Position numbers and translations under genes: made by a program. The notes under the pieces were generated by a model that saw nothing but the letters and a program-made list of their open reading frames with translations, was not told the origin of the DNA and made no database searches. Of a stretch of 64,000 nt of DNA, positions 38,056-49,150 are shown piece by piece. This DNA comes from a virus (Duplodnaviria; Caudoviricetes): the IMG/VR virus record IMGVR_UViG_3300001598_000052, positions 2,768 through 66,767 of that record, one strand, 5' to 3'. Each line of letters opens with the position of its first letter. The first letter of the stretch is position 1.

Positions 38056-38100
38056 ACATTATTTATAGTTTTTATTGAATTTGCTTGTTATAAATATAGC

Positions 38101-40878
38101 ATGGCATATCAAATGAAAAGTAAACGCTATTTCGAGTATAGATTAACTCGTGATAAAGGCAGATCGACTGACGCTTCACTCGGTTGGTCAATACAAGTAG
38201 ATGACATTAATAAAGCTGACCTCTATACAGATACCGATACTAAAGGCGATTATGAAGAAGAGCATCCGCTTAGCGAAGCAACGTCAGACTATGGCTGGAT
38301 TACGCCATACGAATGGTTTTCAAAGAAGGGCAGTGAAAACGTAGATACTAAAGATAAGACTATTCATAATGGTTGTCTTGGTATTGAAGCTCGTGGCGAT
38401 GATAAATTTAAGGGTAAAGTTTGGTGGTGTGATGACTTAAGAAACTGGTGCGTTTACGAATCAGACTGTATTTCAGATCCATATTGTAATAAGTTTAACT
38501 TAAAAGTATGGAATGGCCATGATGGATTTGAACCAGTTATTTCATATAGAGTCGATGATAGCGATAAAGATTTGGAATGGAAACAATGGAAACCTTGGCA
38601 AAATACTATTTTGAGTAATATATTCCAAAGCGGTAATACTATCACTCATCATCGTGGTATGAATGGCCCTGATTTGATGTTTGGCCCTGGACCATTGTCA
38701 TTAGTTGAATCTATTGTTTTACAAAATGCAGATAGATACTCTATTAATTCTGCCGAACAAGGTTTTAAGGCTAAACGTGAACCACGTATTAGACATATTG
38801 AATCTGAATCTGAATTTAATGCATTTGATAAATTAACAAAGATCAATGTTAACGGTAATACTCGTTATGTTATGATTAAGTTTAGAAACTGGTTTACACA
38901 GAAACAAGGTGATTTATCAAAATGGTTTGAAGGTAATCCGTTCTTACAGAAACATTGTATGGACTGTGTTGATACAACAACTGAACGTAGTAATACATGG
39001 GATAACTTTAGAATGGTTGACGGTGTTATTACTTGGAAAGAAATTAACCATGCTAAGGGTTTCTATAATTGGGATAATGATATATATTATGCTGATAATA
39101 ATATCGATTTGAAACCAAAAGCATCAGCAGGTGGTGGCGCTGATGTCTATAGCACATGGAAGGTTAATGGTTCAAACCAGCCTGGTTATGCATGGAAACG
39201 TAGTGAACAATCGAGTGATTCATTAAAAGCATATTCTGAGACTCACGATTTGTCTGCACCAATTTCTCCATATGACATTCGTATATTCTGTAACAACCAT
39301 TTGTGCTTGTCTGAACTATCGTCTGAAAAGATTTTCGCGGTATATTTTTACGATGAAAATTTTAACTTGTGCTATCAGCCGATGGCAAGTGGTAGTAGCC
39401 CAACTAATGAATGGAATACTCAAGATGCAATGAAGACAACTCTTCATGGCGTAGAATTAACGACATATCCAGTTTATATGAGTTATGTTGATTTGGAATT
39501 TTTGTTTGGTAGTCTTGAAACGATGCGTGAAGCACATAGTTTGCATATACCTAAATGTCATCATGCGTCCGGTAAAGATGGTATATGGGATTTTAAACAA
39601 CAAAGATGGGCTAATGCAAACCGTAGAATGTTACAAAAAATAGCATATGCTGTTTATAATGACCATTTCTGGAGTGACCACGCTGTTCCAGAAGAAGGCG
39701 TTGTGGTTGGTTGGCAATTAGTCGATGATAGTAATCCGACCACACAGGAACAAATTTTTAAGAATCTTAATAAGATTGTTGACACAAGAATTGTTGGCGG
39801 ATGCTCATTTGCTAATTCAAATTATTTTAATATTGTATTTCAGAAAGATGCAACTACTATGGGTATATTAACATGGCAAACATTAAAGTCTAAATATGTT
39901 GATGGTTATGTAACACAGGAAGATGACTATGTTGGTAACCTTATGATGGGAGCATATGTTAATACATGGCTTGGCGGACATGAAGGTATAGCCGATATTT
40001 GGACTGATCAGAATGCCGCGGTGATGGTTTTGACGTGGAGTTACATGGCAATAGCTGAAGTTGCTACTGCAGTTGTGGGTGTAGTTGGGTTTGTAGTTAC
40101 TGCTGTAGCGTCAGTAATTGTTACTGGTGTATGTGAACTTGTTGGACATCACCCGGTTGAAAAGAATACAATTCCATTGCCTGATTCGTCATGGGAATTC
40201 TTTACGTTTAGTAAAGAAACTGAATCTGGCGATACATATAAAATTGATAGTACATCAAGAGTAGGTAGTACAGATCATTCATTGCTAGTTCATAAACCAA
40301 TGATGGTTAATATATTGAATAGTATTGGTTCTGGTTCAGCAGCAGTATGTACAGCTAAACATGTTAGTTCATATATTTCTATTAGAAACACTGCATCATT
40401 CATGCATAATTTTATAAGAAAAGAAAGAAGTAATGTTGCAATATCTTATTATCGAGAAGGTGTTAGTATTGGAAATCCAGCAGTTTGGAGATTGCCAAGC
40501 GGTGAAATTGCATTATGTACAATAATGTGGTGGGGTGGAAAGAATGGCTTAATAGGCGGACCTCCTGATAGTGATGGCGACTGGGATTCATGCCAGTCAT
40601 ATGCGGATTCAATGATTAATGGATATTGTCAAGAATGGTTTGGGACTGGTTCAACAAAGACTATTGACGATGATTGGTTGAAGTATCGTAAACATGAGAT
40701 GGATGAAGACAGTAAGGATACAGGTATTATTATTAACGGCTTCTTGGAAAGCGGGTATGTTTTTGAGCAAATAAATAAAGAGTGTAATGAAACACTTAAT
40801 ATTTCCTTAAGCACACGTAGACCGTTAGTTTATGCTGATGTTGAAGTTGAAAATGTTGATGTAGCAAAGAAGTGGTAA
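38101..40878 (+). CDS. Large late protein (~925 aa, Trp/Asp-rich) with one hydrophobic segment; putative virion protein
   Basis: Start moved to ATG 38101 after TATAAATA at 38089. Confidence 0.75.
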   Translation: MAYQMKSKRYFEYRLTRDKGRSTDASLGWSIQVDDINKADLYTDTDTKGDYEEEHPLSEATSDYGWITPYEWFSKKGSENVDTKDKTIHNGCLGIEARGDDKFKGKVWWCDDLRNWCVYESDCISDPYCNKFNLKVWNGHDGFEPVISYRVDDSDKDLEWKQWKPWQNTILSNIFQSGNTITHHRGMNGPDLMFGPGPLSLVESIVLQNADRYSINSAEQGFKAKREPRIRHIESESEFNAFDKLTKINVNGNTRYVMIKFRNWFTQKQGDLSKWFEGNPFLQKHCMDCVDTTTERSNTWDNFRMVDGVITWKEINHAKGFYNWDNDIYYADNNIDLKPKASAGGGADVYSTWKVNGSNQPGYAWKRSEQSSDSLKAYSETHDLSAPISPYDIRIFCNNHLCLSELSSEKIFAVYFYDENFNLCYQPMASGSSPTNEWNTQDAMKTTLHGVELTTYPVYMSYVDLEFLFGSLETMREAHSLHIPKCHHASGKDGIWDFKQQRWANANRRMLQKIAYAVYNDHFWSDHAVPEEGVVVGWQLVDDSNPTTQEQIFKNLNKIVDTRIVGGCSFANSNYFNIVFQKDATTMGILTWQTLKSKYVDGYVTQEDDYVGNLMMGAYVNTWLGGHEGIADIWTDQNAAVMVLTWSYMAIAEVATAVVGVVGFVVTAVASVIVTGVCELVGHHPVEKNTIPLPDSSWEFFTFSKETESGDTYKIDSTSRVGSTDHSLLVHKPMMVNILNSIGSGSAAVCTAKHVSSYISIRNTASFMHNFIRKERSNVAISYYREGVSIGNPAVWRLPSGEIALCTIMWWGGKNGLIGGPPDSDGDWDSCQSYADSMINGYCQEWFGTGSTKTIDDDWLKYRKHEMDEDSKDTGIIINGFLESGYVFEQINKECNETLNISLSTRRPLVYADVEVENVDVAKKW

Positions 40879-40881
40879 TAA

Positions 40882-43800
40882 ATGAAATCTTTTATTTTTA
40901 ATAATTTTAAAGAACGCTTATTAACTGGCGCAATTAAAGGACAAGATACATGGACTTTCAAATTTGTTAATGACAAATTTGTTAAAGACTTTAAAGACAA
41001 TAAACTGATGCCATCATATACGTCACAAATGATGTTTAAGTTTGGTCATATGCTTCCTAACGATCCGGTGTATAATAATGAATTACTCAATAAATACTGG
41101 GTAAATTGTTGTCCTGTTTATTATACTTATAAGAAAGCAGTTAATACTGAAAATGCAGAAAAACCTACATTTGTTGATAATAACAATTGGGATGAATTTA
41201 TTAAACTTTTCCCAAAGAACAAACATTTGAAAAAACTGTTCCTAGAAGAAGGCGGTACTTATGCTAGAACTTACGAAAGCGATGAACTAGACGAGAATGA
41301 AAATCCTGTTATTAAGTTCCGCGGGTTTTACTATGTACGTACTAGTGAAGAACTTCGTTGGTGTGCTGATAAAGTTAATGGTAATTTGAACGGTATTATT
41401 TCTGATAAGATTTATAATGATCAGATTAATATTGTTTTGGGTGATAATATTGGTACAGAAAACCCACAAGATTTAGGTAAAAATAAGATTATTAACTATT
41501 GTATTGGTGAATCTGTTGAACATCCTTTTAATGGTGTTTTCTTTGGTAATGGTTTTATTATCAAGAATGTTAGAATTTTGTGTCAAGGAAATAATAATGG
41601 TATTATCGGTGTTCTTGGTCCAACTGGTATTATTTCAACTGTACGTGTTGAAGGTAATAACATTTTAGCATGCAAGAAAGATATTTCTATTACACATTTA
41701 CAGAATGATGCCGTTGACGTCAATAGTGCTGTTTTATGTGGATTAAACCGCGGTTTAATCATGAACAGTTATATTAGAGGTCGAGTATATTTAAAGGGTT
41801 TTGTACCTAAGGTATATGCGGTTCAGAATAGAACAGACAGCGGTGGTGCATTTGATTGTCCAGAATCAAATAGATTCTATCCTAGTTATTTGTGTATTAA
41901 TAGTATATCAAATATTATTCCATATATTGGTTATTTTGCAGAAGGTGTTTTCGCGTCTATTGCATCTGAAGAAGATATTGCATGGACAAGATTTACTAAG
42001 GCCACAGGTGGTAAGGCTTATTGGAAGTCTAACGGTGTTTCTTGCGGTGCAGTTGGCTTGTATACTGGCACAGCAGAAAGAAATGAATATTATCCGTATG
42101 ATAATAGTTCCTGTTCTGAATGGGCATATCCAAGTATTAATCAAGATACTGGGTCTATTGCAGACATGCCTATTACTGGCCACGTATTGTACTATGATAT
42201 CAATAGTATGATTTGGACTCAAAAGGAAATGGGGAAGGAACAAAGTGACTGGGCTGAATATTTAGGACTTGTATGTAGACGTGACAAAAAATATTCAACT
42301 GGTTGGGGTGCGTATGCATATGAAATTGGTGCATCACAGATTGTAGATAAATCTATTAAGATGCATCCGTTTAATCGTATTGCATATTATAGTGGTTTGT
42401 TTGCAGGTCAAAATAGTGGAAGAATATGGAATGTTAGAGCAGATGCTACGGTTAAATTCGGAGGTACATTTGTAGGCTTCTTCGGTAGTTTGGCAGGTAA
42501 ATGGAATGCACGTCCACATAACTGGTCACCAATAGCAGCTGAAATTGCAGAAGTAGCAATGAACGTTACTGTTAGTGATGATAATTCTAGAAGTTATTGG
42601 GTATCTGATACGGGTGATAGGTTTAAAACTGATGGAAATAGCGAAGGCTGGAACTTCTATTCTAATAGTTTCTATGACCCATTAAGTAATATATATCCTA
42701 CATTGGCAAATGCGCATAAACTATGTACACATATCAATGATGTTAACGATTATAGAAAGGAAGTAAACCCTAACTATTATTATGATGCACCAAGATCTAT
42801 GGGTATGGGTTATGGTAATAAGCCCACAACAAACTTTCAAAATGATGTAGATTATGGTAATAACCCAGTTATTCGTTTTAATCTTCAAGATGTTAAATGG
42901 AACAATTTAGCTGCAACTGCTGGTACAGATAATGATACTGCAGTTCGTATGAAAATATTTAGTGTTGACGGTTCAAAGAAAACTGATGCAAGAAATGTGG
43001 CTATTTATTCTTCATATGAAACATTGAAGCCCTATATCACTGGTTCTGAATCAGAAGATTATATTGTTTCCGCAGTTGAACTCAGTGGTTCATTCTATGC
43101 TACTGGTTATACTCGTCCATCTAAACCTAATTCTATTGCAGATGCGGCAGGTATTATGTGGCGTGATCGTCATGATAAGATTACTGATAGTTTTTACGCG
43201 TCACAAGAGAACGATAACGAAATTCAAGTTATTCATTCTTCTACATTTACCACAAACTCAGCAACTAATAACTTTGTAGTTACTAATGTTGATTTTAAGA
43301 TTGAATCATTGGCAAGAGTTAATACTTGGGGAAACTATGGTGGCACATATGACAATATGCGTTTACTGCCTGAGTATGATAAATTCTTTAGTTTCCCATT
43401 TGGTATGGTAAACCTACATTATAAAGATAGTGATACACCTATAGCAGGTTATGTTACTAGTGTTAATGTTGGTGAACTTGAAGTTACATGTGATTGTCCG
43501 TCATATAGTGTACCACAACGCGGTGAAGCATACAATGCTTATGGCAGTTTGTATACGTATAGTACATACTCTATTAAGGAAGCTCGTAACGTAACATTTA
43601 CTGTATATTCAGTTGATGATACTGATAAAGTTATTAAGTTTACTATACCAGTAATGACAAATCAACAGATGTTTACAAACAGAGGCCAGAATAGTAGAGC
43701 ACCAGCAATTTCGTTCTTACAATCAAGACGTTATGTTGATGGTAATAAGAACTATCACATTATGAAGCGTTCTATTAAGAATATTGGTGGTGTATTTGGT

Positions 43801-45819
43801 TCAGTTGTATTAGGTTCTGATTTGCTATGCCCATATACATGTACTATGTTTAATGTATCTGCATATTTGTATAATGCAGATGCAATTGAATTTAAGAAAA
43901 CTGCAAGTATGTTCTGTGATAAGTTCCAAGCAGAAGTAGATAAGAACTGGTTTGCAAGTGAAAATGGTTTTAGTGCCGATAGTAACTTCTCACAATATTC
44001 AGCAGACAACGTATATTTCAAGGTTACAGGTGATCCTACTGATAATGATCCTGGTCATCCATGTTTATTAAAATATACCAAAAACAAGTGTGGTGCTCAA
44101 GCTGACTTTCCAATTTATCCTGGTATGGAAATTGCATCTATGAGCGGTCAATTGATGTATAGATTTGATGATTATAAGCTGCCAGTTAATACCAATGATT
44201 ATTACTTTGCAAATAGATACGGTGGATTTGCAGCTGTTTGTGAAATAGATTCATCAAATATTGGTGATAAAGACGTTAAGGATTTGAGAAATAATACTGA
44301 AATTACATCTAAGTATATTAACTTTGTAAATACAAACTTTATTTACAATGAACGTAGAATAGATGAAACATTTAAAGGTTTCATGTATTCTACATTTGCT
44401 GAAGGCCCGATGCGATTGCAGTATCAAGCACCACATGAATGTCCATACGGTGTTGCTTTACCGTTCATCGCAGAAGTTAAGCCTCATTGTATTTCTATCC
44501 CAACCATTATCGAATGTCCATTGAGTAATTTGCCGTCTGAACATGATTCATCATTTGTAAATGATGCTGATGACGCCAAGTTTGAATGGAAATATAAGCG
44601 TATCGGTTTGTATAATAATGATATTTGTTTAGCAAATCCGGGTTCAGACCCTAACTTCTATAGTAATAATATTGTTGTTGACTTACCTGGTGTTAGAAAT
44701 AGAATTATGCTAAATGACATGGATAATGGTAACGTAAGTTCTTGCAACACTTGGACCGTTAACTACGCTTCATTTGAAGACTCATTGCTTGATAAGTTAT
44801 TTGTGTTTACAGATATGAAACTTGGTATATGCAATATGGGTTCGTCACATACTGGTAGCACATCAGCATCACAAGGATATGGTTGGAACCAAGGAGTATA
44901 TGCAACATATCCAAATAGTTGGCATCCAAGTTATGGTAGAACACCAACATCACCAGCTAGTGATCCAGATGCAGTTGTTTATTCTGATAGTAAACTATTG
45001 AATGCTTGGGAGTATTTTGGCTCTGATTTGCTATTGCAACAGTATCCATATCAGGGACATGCACCAAACACATGGTATAATATTGCAGTATATAATCATC
45101 CTAAGGCAATTGGTGAATTTTGTAATCACTTGAACTACATGGTATCAACTAAGACATTTCCGTTGATTGAAAACAAGCCATTTAATGTTCAAAAGAACAT
45201 GTATCTTGATTGTTTACAAATGAATGCAATTGGTATTAAGGGTAATATGAAACAGGCCGATGCAGCTGCTTCATGGTCAGGTACTGATATCTTTAAATAT
45301 AATTTTACTAAGAAACCTGCATTTAATCAACAATTCAATAGCGTTACTCGTACAGTTGACCTTACAGAAATTGATGGCCAATACGGTTTTTATATTAAGG
45401 ACTATGTAAGTGATATTCAATATCCTGGTAACTCTGCATTAAGCGGATATAAATATCATACCCATACATCAGATGGCCTTGGTAATTTACATTATCAATA
45501 TGATGACGATGGTAACTTAATGTATGACCGCTATGGTAAACCATTACAAGATGGTTTCGATTATGATGGTCGAGTATTCCATATTGGTATGCAGGTTTCT
45601 GAATTGTGTATTATGAATAACCTAAAGGAATACAATAAGGTTGTTGTATCTGGTATTTCATCTACAAGTGCATTTGAAGGTATGTTGGTGTTTGATTCTG
45701 AACAACATCCGGTCATGTATATTGATGTTGGATTAGGTGAATGTGACGGTAGTCAGTCATGGGCAATGCCATGTTCAGGTATCCCTGGTGGCCCTGGATT
45801 ATTCTTGGAGATTAAATAA
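40882..45819 (+). CDS. Very large structural protein (1645 aa), GLUG-like or beta-helical; putative tail fibre or adhesin
   Basis: N-terminal FNNFKERLLTG; FNGVFFGNG.IIKNV, GIIGVLG and YSGLFAGQN repeats. Confidence 0.65.
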   Translation: MKSFIFNNFKERLLTGAIKGQDTWTFKFVNDKFVKDFKDNKLMPSYTSQMMFKFGHMLPNDPVYNNELLNKYWVNCCPVYYTYKKAVNTENAEKPTFVDNNNWDEFIKLFPKNKHLKKLFLEEGGTYARTYESDELDENENPVIKFRGFYYVRTSEELRWCADKVNGNLNGIISDKIYNDQINIVLGDNIGTENPQDLGKNKIINYCIGESVEHPFNGVFFGNGFIIKNVRILCQGNNNGIIGVLGPTGIISTVRVEGNNILACKKDISITHLQNDAVDVNSAVLCGLNRGLIMNSYIRGRVYLKGFVPKVYAVQNRTDSGGAFDCPESNRFYPSYLCINSISNIIPYIGYFAEGVFASIASEEDIAWTRFTKATGGKAYWKSNGVSCGAVGLYTGTAERNEYYPYDNSSCSEWAYPSINQDTGSIADMPITGHVLYYDINSMIWTQKEMGKEQSDWAEYLGLVCRRDKKYSTGWGAYAYEIGASQIVDKSIKMHPFNRIAYYSGLFAGQNSGRIWNVRADATVKFGGTFVGFFGSLAGKWNARPHNWSPIAAEIAEVAMNVTVSDDNSRSYWVSDTGDRFKTDGNSEGWNFYSNSFYDPLSNIYPTLANAHKLCTHINDVNDYRKEVNPNYYYDAPRSMGMGYGNKPTTNFQNDVDYGNNPVIRFNLQDVKWNNLAATAGTDNDTAVRMKIFSVDGSKKTDARNVAIYSSYETLKPYITGSESEDYIVSAVELSGSFYATGYTRPSKPNSIADAAGIMWRDRHDKITDSFYASQENDNEIQVIHSSTFTTNSATNNFVVTNVDFKIESLARVNTWGNYGGTYDNMRLLPEYDKFFSFPFGMVNLHYKDSDTPIAGYVTSVNVGELEVTCDCPSYSVPQRGEAYNAYGSLYTYSTYSIKEARNVTFTVYSVDDTDKVIKFTIPVMTNQQMFTNRGQNSRAPAISFLQSRRYVDGNKNYHIMKRSIKNIGGVFGSVVLGSDLLCPYTCTMFNVSAYLYNADAIEFKKTASMFCDKFQAEVDKNWFASENGFSADSNFSQYSADNVYFKVTGDPTDNDPGHPCLLKYTKNKCGAQADFPIYPGMEIASMSGQLMYRFDDYKLPVNTNDYYFANRYGGFAAVCEIDSSNIGDKDVKDLRNNTEITSKYINFVNTNFIYNERRIDETFKGFMYSTFAEGPMRLQYQAPHECPYGVALPFIAEVKPHCISIPTIIECPLSNLPSEHDSSFVNDADDAKFEWKYKRIGLYNNDICLANPGSDPNFYSNNIVVDLPGVRNRIMLNDMDNGNVSSCNTWTVNYASFEDSLLDKLFVFTDMKLGICNMGSSHTGSTSASQGYGWNQGVYATYPNSWHPSYGRTPTSPASDPDAVVYSDSKLLNAWEYFGSDLLLQQYPYQGHAPNTWYNIAVYNHPKAIGEFCNHLNYMVSTKTFPLIENKPFNVQKNMYLDCLQMNAIGIKGNMKQADAAASWSGTDIFKYNFTKKPAFNQQFNSVTRTVDLTEIDGQYGFYIKDYVSDIQYPGNSALSGYKYHTHTSDGLGNLHYQYDDDGNLMYDRYGKPLQDGFDYDGRVFHIGMQVSELCIMNNLKEYNKVVVSGISSTSAFEGMLVFDSEQHPVMYIDVGLGECDGSQSWAMPCSGIPGGPGLFLEIK

Positions 45820-46643
45820 TGGAACTTAGCACAACAGATATTGTATCAAATACTATTGTTAATGAAACTACAAAGAGAGGGCTAAATCTTGTACTTGCAA
45901 AAGAAATAGTGTTTCGTTGCTATATTCAACGTATAGCAATGAATAAACATAGATATAACCCTCAATTCCCTAAGATATCTGATTTTTCTCCAGAGAATTA
46001 TAAAGTTTGGTTTTTTAAAAAAATTGACAACCTTAATAATTCAATTTATACAACATGGAAAGATATTGAAGAGTATAGTATTGTATGTGTTGGCGAATTA
46101 AAAGATAATAATGTAATAACAATATCAAGTCAAACTGGTATGGAATCTGATTTATCCCAAGAAGAAGCATTTAATTGCCCAGCGTCTGGTTATCTCTTTA
46201 GTTCTCTGTATTCTGGTGATTCATATATTAAGAAAGACTGGAATTATGACATGTATTATGTTGACCCACTAGCATGTGTAACAACTAATGGCTATTCAAG
46301 TTGTGACCCTGCATATAACATTGCATCTGGAATTTCTGGTCATGAATTATTTAATAGAAAATATTGGCAAACAAATTATTCATTTACATCAGGATATGAT
46401 AAGACTGAATATATAATGTATAATATTTCTCGTCATATGCTACCAGAAGATTGTGCAGCAGTTATGACAAGTGATTGTAGGTTTAAAACTGTACCAAGAG
46501 GCGATAAATATGAAGCATTAGTTATTACTTATGGTGATGAAAACTTACCAGTAATATATAATGAATTACACAGGCCAAATAGATTTATTAATGGTTATAT
46601 TAACATTCAATGGTCACCACAAGGTATAATAACGGTTAAATAA
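45819..46643 (+). CDS. Hypothetical structural protein
   Basis: ORF track; coupled to the upstream gene. Confidence 0.7.
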   Translation: MELSTTDIVSNTIVNETTKRGLNLVLAKEIVFRCYIQRIAMNKHRYNPQFPKISDFSPENYKVWFFKKIDNLNNSIYTTWKDIEEYSIVCVGELKDNNVITISSQTGMESDLSQEEAFNCPASGYLFSSLYSGDSYIKKDWNYDMYYVDPLACVTTNGYSSCDPAYNIASGISGHELFNRKYWQTNYSFTSGYDKTEYIMYNISRHMLPEDCAAVMTSDCRFKTVPRGDKYEALVITYGDENLPVIYNELHRPNRFINGYINIQWSPQGIITVK

Positions 46644-47236
46644 TGCATAAAAAATTTGGTGAAATACTAAAACCGATTTTACAAGGATTATCTGATCCAA
46701 ATGCGGTACAACAAGGTTTTGTTACTGGGATTAATTCATATATTACTGGTATATTTAATTCACACATTAGTAATCCAGCGTGGCAAGTCAACGGAATGGT
46801 ATATGTTCCACCGGTTGAAGAAGTACCTTTAGTTGGTCAGTTTGGTTGCGTAAACAGTTTTGCGTTTTCGCCTATTTCTGCAAAGAAAATGAAGATATAT
46901 TTAAATTATCCAAAAGGACTTTATGTTGGTATTGCTAAAGCTATGGAAGAAATGATTAATAAATCGATTTTAACGGTTGATTTAAAAGCAGCAGGTTTTT
47001 CTACGCCAATGACATGTAAGTTTTTTACATCATTAGAACGTTATGGTGAACAATGGCAAAAATATATGGATAAAACAAAATGTGCATCATTAAACCAATG
47101 GTATGACACACTTGATTTATTTGTAGAAAAAATGTGGACGTTTGTCACGCCAATGATTATTTATTATACTGGCGTCGGCGGTGGCATGATTTTTACAGGA
47201 ACAGTCACTATTACTGGGCAAGGTTTGGCATCTTAA
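46643..47236 (+). CDS. Hypothetical protein
   Basis: ORF track; TAATG coupling. Confidence 0.7.
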   Translation: MHKKFGEILKPILQGLSDPNAVQQGFVTGINSYITGIFNSHISNPAWQVNGMVYVPPVEEVPLVGQFGCVNSFAFSPISAKKMKIYLNYPKGLYVGIAKAMEEMINKSILTVDLKAAGFSTPMTCKFFTSLERYGEQWQKYMDKTKCASLNQWYDTLDLFVEKMWTFVTPMIIYYTGVGGGMIFTGTVTITGQGLAS

Positions 47237-47246
47237 TAAATAAATT

Positions 47247-48026
47247 ATGGTAGATACAAGTATTTCAGCATATCCGTGGTTGTGCGGAACATTAAAAGGC
47301 ATCACTTCTCCAATAAGTGATGGTAATAATATTGTTTGTTCAAACGAAAAAGATACTGCAGATACTGTTATTACTGATGCATATGAAATGTATGGGATGA
47401 AATGTACCTATTATAGAGTATCTGAAGATTTAAATCGTGACGAATTATATGGTGAAGATCAATTACGTATGATAGAACGTAGTTGGTACTTTAACGGTTA
47501 TATTGAACAGGTACCTCCAAATGTCAGAACATATCAACTTCAAGGTATTTGGGGTGAAGATACTGTGACAATGTATGCTAGTATTGGTGCATTTGATTAT
47601 TATTCAACTTATGGTGGTTCAGATAAAAATACACCTGAAGTTTATAATGAACAACCACCTTCTATAGGTGATATTATTTATGTTCCGGCTAACGATTATT
47701 TTTATGAGATTAGAGATGTAAAATATTATAACGAAGCATTTGGCCTTCAAAAACATACTTATACATTTACATTAAAAATGTATAAGGACAATAAATGGAC
47801 AATTTCAGCTGATTCACCTACATTGTCTAATCCAGAAGACCCAATTTATAGGGTCGCGCCTTCGGCATTATCAGCACAATATAATATAAAAGATCCGCTT
47901 GATATTAGCCAAGACTTGACTAATTCGTATCAGGGTGCAGATCCATATAATACAGATATGGAATATAAGTATCCTGAAGCAAAAGATTCTAACCCTAAAT
48001 ATTACAACCCATTTGATGGGTGGTAA
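47247..48026 (+). CDS. Neck protein (T4 gp14-like), paralog B
   Basis: YGMKCTYY...LYGEDQL...PSIGDIIY...YEIRDV...YTFTL; ends YYNPFDGW. Confidence 0.75.
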   Translation: MVDTSISAYPWLCGTLKGITSPISDGNNIVCSNEKDTADTVITDAYEMYGMKCTYYRVSEDLNRDELYGEDQLRMIERSWYFNGYIEQVPPNVRTYQLQGIWGEDTVTMYASIGAFDYYSTYGGSDKNTPEVYNEQPPSIGDIIYVPANDYFYEIRDVKYYNEAFGLQKHTYTFTLKMYKDNKWTISADSPTLSNPEDPIYRVAPSALSAQYNIKDPLDISQDLTNSYQGADPYNTDMEYKYPEAKDSNPKYYNPFDGW

Positions 48027-48052
48027 TTTTTCCACTATATATAGCTTATAAC

Positions 48053-48562
48053 ATGTCAATATTTGCTCGTTCATATAGACAGGGAATTTTTACTCCCAAA
48101 CATCCAGAAAAATGCCTTAATTGTAATGGCAAAATTTCTGCAAAGATGCCTGAATACAGGTCATCATGGGAATTTAAACTTATGAATTACTGTGATCAGC
48201 GTGAACGCATTATTGAATGGGGCAGTGAAGTCATTAAGATTCCATATTACTCGGAAGTTGATGGCAAAACACATCAGTATGTCACGGATTTTTACTTCGT
48301 TTGTGATACTATACATAATGGTATAAAGAAGTATGTTTGTGAAGTTAAACCAAAGTCACAAGTTGCAATGATTAATGAAAATGGTGACGTCATTTATCCT
48401 GACCCTCCTAAAAAGAAAACACAAAAAGCCATTAATGCATGGCAAGAACGTTGTAATGTGATTAGAGTTAATAACTGTAAATGGCAAGCTGCTAGAAAAT
48501 GGTGCCGAGAAAATGGGTGTATTTTCAAAATTCTTACAGAAGAAGAAATTGGCGTTTGGTAA
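48053..48562 (+). CDS. gp4: Head completion nuclease (T4 gp4-like, TnsA-type)
   Basis: YRQGIFTPKHPEK...YRSSWE...EWGSE...IPY...HQYVTDF...EVKPKSQ...N..KW.AA..WC; start approximately at MSIFARS. Confidence 0.85.
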   Translation: MSIFARSYRQGIFTPKHPEKCLNCNGKISAKMPEYRSSWEFKLMNYCDQRERIIEWGSEVIKIPYYSEVDGKTHQYVTDFYFVCDTIHNGIKKYVCEVKPKSQVAMINENGDVIYPDPPKKKTQKAINAWQERCNVIRVNNCKWQAARKWCRENGCIFKILTEEEIGVW

Positions 48563-48586
48563 ATTTTGTTTATAAGAGAGTGAAAA

Positions 48587-49150
48587 ATGAGTAATGTATT
48601 TGAATCATTAGATAAAGAGTTCGATATCGAAGAAGAAGTTAAAGAAACCGAAACTAAAACTGCTTTGAAGATCCAGGAGGTGAAAGAAGGCATTCAGACA
48701 CAAAAGTATAATCTTGAAGATAAGAATTACTTGAAGACTGAATTACAAGATTTGATTGCTACTAATCGTCTCGTTCTTGAAACTTTAGCTGGTCAGATTA
48801 AGTTTGGTTGTGATTTAGGTTTAGTAACAACATTTGCTACGATATCAAAAACAATAACCGATAATATCGCTGAATTGATCAAACTTGAAAAACAGGTCAC
48901 AGATTATCAAGTAACAGAATCAAATGAAAATATGAAACGTGAAGCAATGGAACAACGTGAACGTATTGCAAATAATAGAATTTCAGCAAAGAAACCAGGA
49001 ATACCGGGTACTTTGTCACAGACAAATAATATTATCTGTAGTAATTCTAAGGATGTTCTTGAAATGATTCTAAGTAAAAATAAAAAGAAAGAACTAGTTG
49101 AATCTGAAATGCCTGAATTTAAGTTTGCTGACGAAGGAGAAGATAAGTAA
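48587..49150 (+). CDS. Terminase small subunit (gp16-like)
   Basis: Helical core followed by TNNIICSNSKDVLEMI, resembling the TNNALFVGSTAEL tail of T4-like small terminases. Confidence 0.6.
   Translation: MSNVFESLDKEFDIEEEVKETETKTALKIQEVKEGIQTQKYNLEDKNYLKTELQDLIATNRLVLETLAGQIKFGCDLGLVTTFATISKTITDNIAELIKLEKQVTDYQVTESNENMKREAMEQRERIANNRISAKKPGIPGTLSQTNNIICSNSKDVLEMILSKNKKKELVESEMPEFKFADEGEDK

Noticed and set aside
37882-38100. N-terminal extension of the 998-aa ORF (MTRLRSWRHW...)
   Set aside because: It is the antisense of the Pro-rich start of the gp13-like gene; the late promoter at 38089 points to ATG 38101
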